DNA of 63,103 nt, filler included, from Chiloscyllium plagiosum (Eukaryota), in NCBI RefSeq assembly GCF_004010195.1. It is 3 parts of one record of this genome, joined end to end, with 100 filler letters (N's around TTAATTAATTAA, not from the genome) between each part and the next. Parts side by side here need not be neighbours in the genome. Positions count along the whole stretch, not along the records: positions 47,685 to 63,103 come from NC_057714.1; 2 more parts are not named here. One strand, given 5' to 3'. This document shows, piece by piece, positions 60,860-63,103 of the stretch. Position 1 is the first letter of the stretch. The number at the start of each line of letters is the position of its first letter. The position numbers and the translations under genes are program-made. The notes under the pieces were generated by a model. It was not told where the DNA came from. It saw only the letters and a list, made by a program, of their open reading frames with translations, and did not search any database.

Positions 60860-61190
60860 AGTTCAGTACAGCAGACCATGCTGACCCATAGCTTCTAATC
60901 TGCACCAGGCCTGACTCCACACCATGCTGGCGACACACCACATCGGAAAGTCACTCTGCCAGGCCATGAGGTTGCCACGTCACATTGGGAGGAGGCCACT
61001 GCGCCAGTACAGGAGGCTTCCATACCAACACCAGGAGGCCACTGTGGGAGGCCAGGACGCCATTGAGTCAGGCTGGGAGGTTGCCACACTACACTGGGAA
61101 GCTGCTGCGCCAGGCTGGGAGGTTGCCCTGCCACGGCCATAGGCTGCCACAGGATGCTACTGCAGGAGGCCGCTGCTGGAGGCTGAGAGT
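60860..61190. repeat. GC-rich degenerate ~21-bp tandem repeat
   Basis: caggctgggaggttgcc-like units recur, e.g. at 61069 and 61111. Confidence 0.6.
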
Positions 61191-61389
61191 TATCATTGTT
61201 TAATGGAGGAAAGTGTGAGGTTATGAACTTTGATTAGAAGCAACAAAAGGCGGACTGATATTCAAAGGGAGAGACTCCAGGATGAGCAGCGTAAAGGTAT
61301 CTGGGTATTTTTGTGCATGAAATACAAAAGATTAGCATATAGATGAATTAAGCAATATTCTCCCTACACTTTATTCTTCTCCTAAGGCC

Positions 61390-62045
61390 ACAACTATTTA
61401 CAATAAACTTGGGAGAAGCATGTTATGAAGATTAGGCAGAAAATTACCAAATTGCTCCCTCTCCCTTGTGGGTTAAAAACCTGATCATCAGGTATGAGGT
61501 ACTCTTGGTGTTGGCTGTATGTGGTACAGATCTGGCCTATTCCCTGAGCTTGTGCCACTGCAGTCACCCAAGTTATATTCCACTTCATCTGAAGGTCAAA
61601 GATAGATTGTATCTGCAGGGACACTGTGTACAAAGCCCTGGATCAGGAGGGGAAGAGTTACCCAATGCTGCCCTCATCCTGATGGCTACCTTTGTGTGTT
61701 ACCGCCTCAAGCTTTGCATAGACCTTCAGTACGCAAACACCAAACATACTGAGGTTCTACCTGTCCCCAGTGTTACAAAGGATCCACCTGGCCTCCTTAC
61801 TGCGGAATGCTCCAAGTAGTTGGGCCGTTCCATATCATCTGTCCCTCATGGAAAAATTTGTAAAGGAGAACACCTTTGACCACAAGTCCATCAGGAAGTG
61901 ATCAGCACATTGCATCCTTGAGACGCTGTGGGGAACGGAGAGGGTGGATCCTGTTGGGTGTGTTTCCTGAACAGATTGTGAACGTCATTTGTGCTAGAAC
62001 TTTTCAACAAGCACCAAGATGTAGCTTGGCTGCTGGTGAGAAGAA
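61390..62045 (+). mobile_element. Tx1-like (L1 clade) ORF2 3' fragment
   Basis: Frameshifted peptides resembling Tx1 ORF2: FHFI..SK.D, LRFYLSPVL, NAPSSW.VPYHLS.MEKF.KENTFDHKSIRK*SA, FPEQ.V, NKHQDVAWL. Confidence 0.7.
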
Positions 62046-62082
62046 TACTACCTGTGAGATTCTTGGGGGGATGTGACTACAG

Positions 62083-62088
62083 TTTATT
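62083..62088 (-). promoter_or_regulatory. Polyadenylation signal AATAAA
   Basis: About 170 nt downstream of the stop codon of the 62256-62395 exon, in unique sequence. Confidence 0.5.
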
Positions 62089-62255
62089 TGGTTGGTTGGT
62101 TGGTCTCCCAACGGTGCCTGTGTAGTCACCTTTGCAATCGTTTCTACGTATCTTATCGATTGCAAAGTTGGTCGAACCTCCACGTGGTTCCCCCTGGAAA
62201 CGATCTGTGAGAGGAAGCTCAATAACAGAGGAGTGGTTTTAACTTGTTTAAGAGG

Positions 62256-62395
62256 TTATATTGGCGTGGATTTATCATTGGTTTTATCACTGATTTTATC
62301 ATTGATTTTACCTTTGGTTTTATCCAGTGCTGTGATGCCACTGACAGTTTTATCGTTCTCTTTCTGTTGCATGAGCATTACTCTATTCAGGTCGG
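62256..62395 (-). CDS. Candidate terminal coding exon (phase-1 start): xDLNRVMLMQQKENDKTVSGITALDKTKGKINDKISDKTNDKSTPI*
   Basis: Acceptor tatcttttctctggttgtattAG; 45 open codons to TAA; 12-bp DKxx repeats; downstream AATAAA. Confidence 0.6.
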
Positions 62396-62429
62396 CTAAT
62401 ACAACCAGAGAAAAGATACGAGACGGCTA

Positions 62430-63103
62430 GTGACAATCGACAATAGATAATAGGTGCAGGAGTAGGCCATTCTGTCCTTCGAGCCTGCACCACCATTCAA
62501 TATGATCATCCTTCATCAGTATCCTGTTCCTGCCTTATCTCCATAACCCTTGATTCCACAATCCTTGAATGAATTCAGAGACTGGGCCTCCACTGCCCTC
62601 TGGGGCAGAGCATTCCACACAGCCACCACTCTCTGGGTGAAGAAGTTTCTCCTCATCTCTGTCCTAAATGGTCTACCCCGTATTTTTAAGCTGTGTCCTC
62701 TGGTTCGGCAGGAAACATGTTTCCTGCCTCCAGAATGTCCAACCCTTTAATAATCTTATATGTCTCAATCAGATCCACTCTCAGTCTTCTAAACTCAAGG
62801 GTACACAAGCCCAGTCGCTCCAGTCTTTCAGTGTAAGATAATCCCGCCATTCCAGGAATTGACCTCGTGAACCTACGCTGCATTCCCTCAATAGCCAGAA
62901 TGTCTCACCTCAAATTTGGAGACCAGAACTGCACACAGTACTCCAGGTGTGGTCTCACCAGGGCCCTGTACAGCTGCAGAAGGACCTCTTTGCTTCTATA
63001 CTCAATCCCTCTTGTTATGAAGGCCAGCATAATATTAGCCTTTTTCACTACCTGCTGCACCTGCATGCTTACCTTCATTGACTAGTGTACAAGAACACCC
63101 AGA
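62430..63103 (-). mobile_element. CR1 3' portion
   Basis: QRRFTRSIPGMAGLSYTERL..RRLRVDLIETYKI; (ctattgt)n tail. Confidence 0.9.

Noticed and set aside
62092..62430. Plus-strand ORF with hydrophobic LSLVLSLILSLILPLVLS resembling a TM helix
   Set aside because: It is the antisense reading of the DKxx repeat exon.

Overview
This is eukaryotic, repeat-dense vertebrate DNA, almost certainly from an elasmobranch (shark/ray). The evidence is HE1-type V-SINEs, SacSINE1-like DeuSINEs, abundant CR1/HER1 LINEs and Penelope-like elements. Most of the window is decayed retroelements: CR1, L2, Rex1/Babar, Tx1-like, Penelope and a Gmr1-type Gypsy LTR element. Nearly all ORFs in the track are TE fragments or shadow ORFs. 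The main hidden signal is a minus-strand array of 8 intact and 1 deleted symmetric phase-1 mini-exons (60 bp, one 54 bp) between 19.4 and 40.3 kb. They sit in tandemly duplicated intron/SINE units and encode a Thr/Asp/Ser/His/Tyr-rich 20-aa repeat (e.g. TTYDTTDSSFHPLIPTLDTD) with mainly synonymous divergence. I cannot name the gene. Other signals are (i) minimal Penelope-type hammerhead ribozyme motifs in short TSD-flanked inserts, (ii) a minus-strand terminal coding exon with a polyA signal near 62.1-62.4 kb, (iii) several plus-strand exon candidates, and (iv) two artificial scaffolding linkers (N44-TTAATTAATTAA-N44) that make contig orientation across them uncertain. TE boundaries are approximate and were read by eye.
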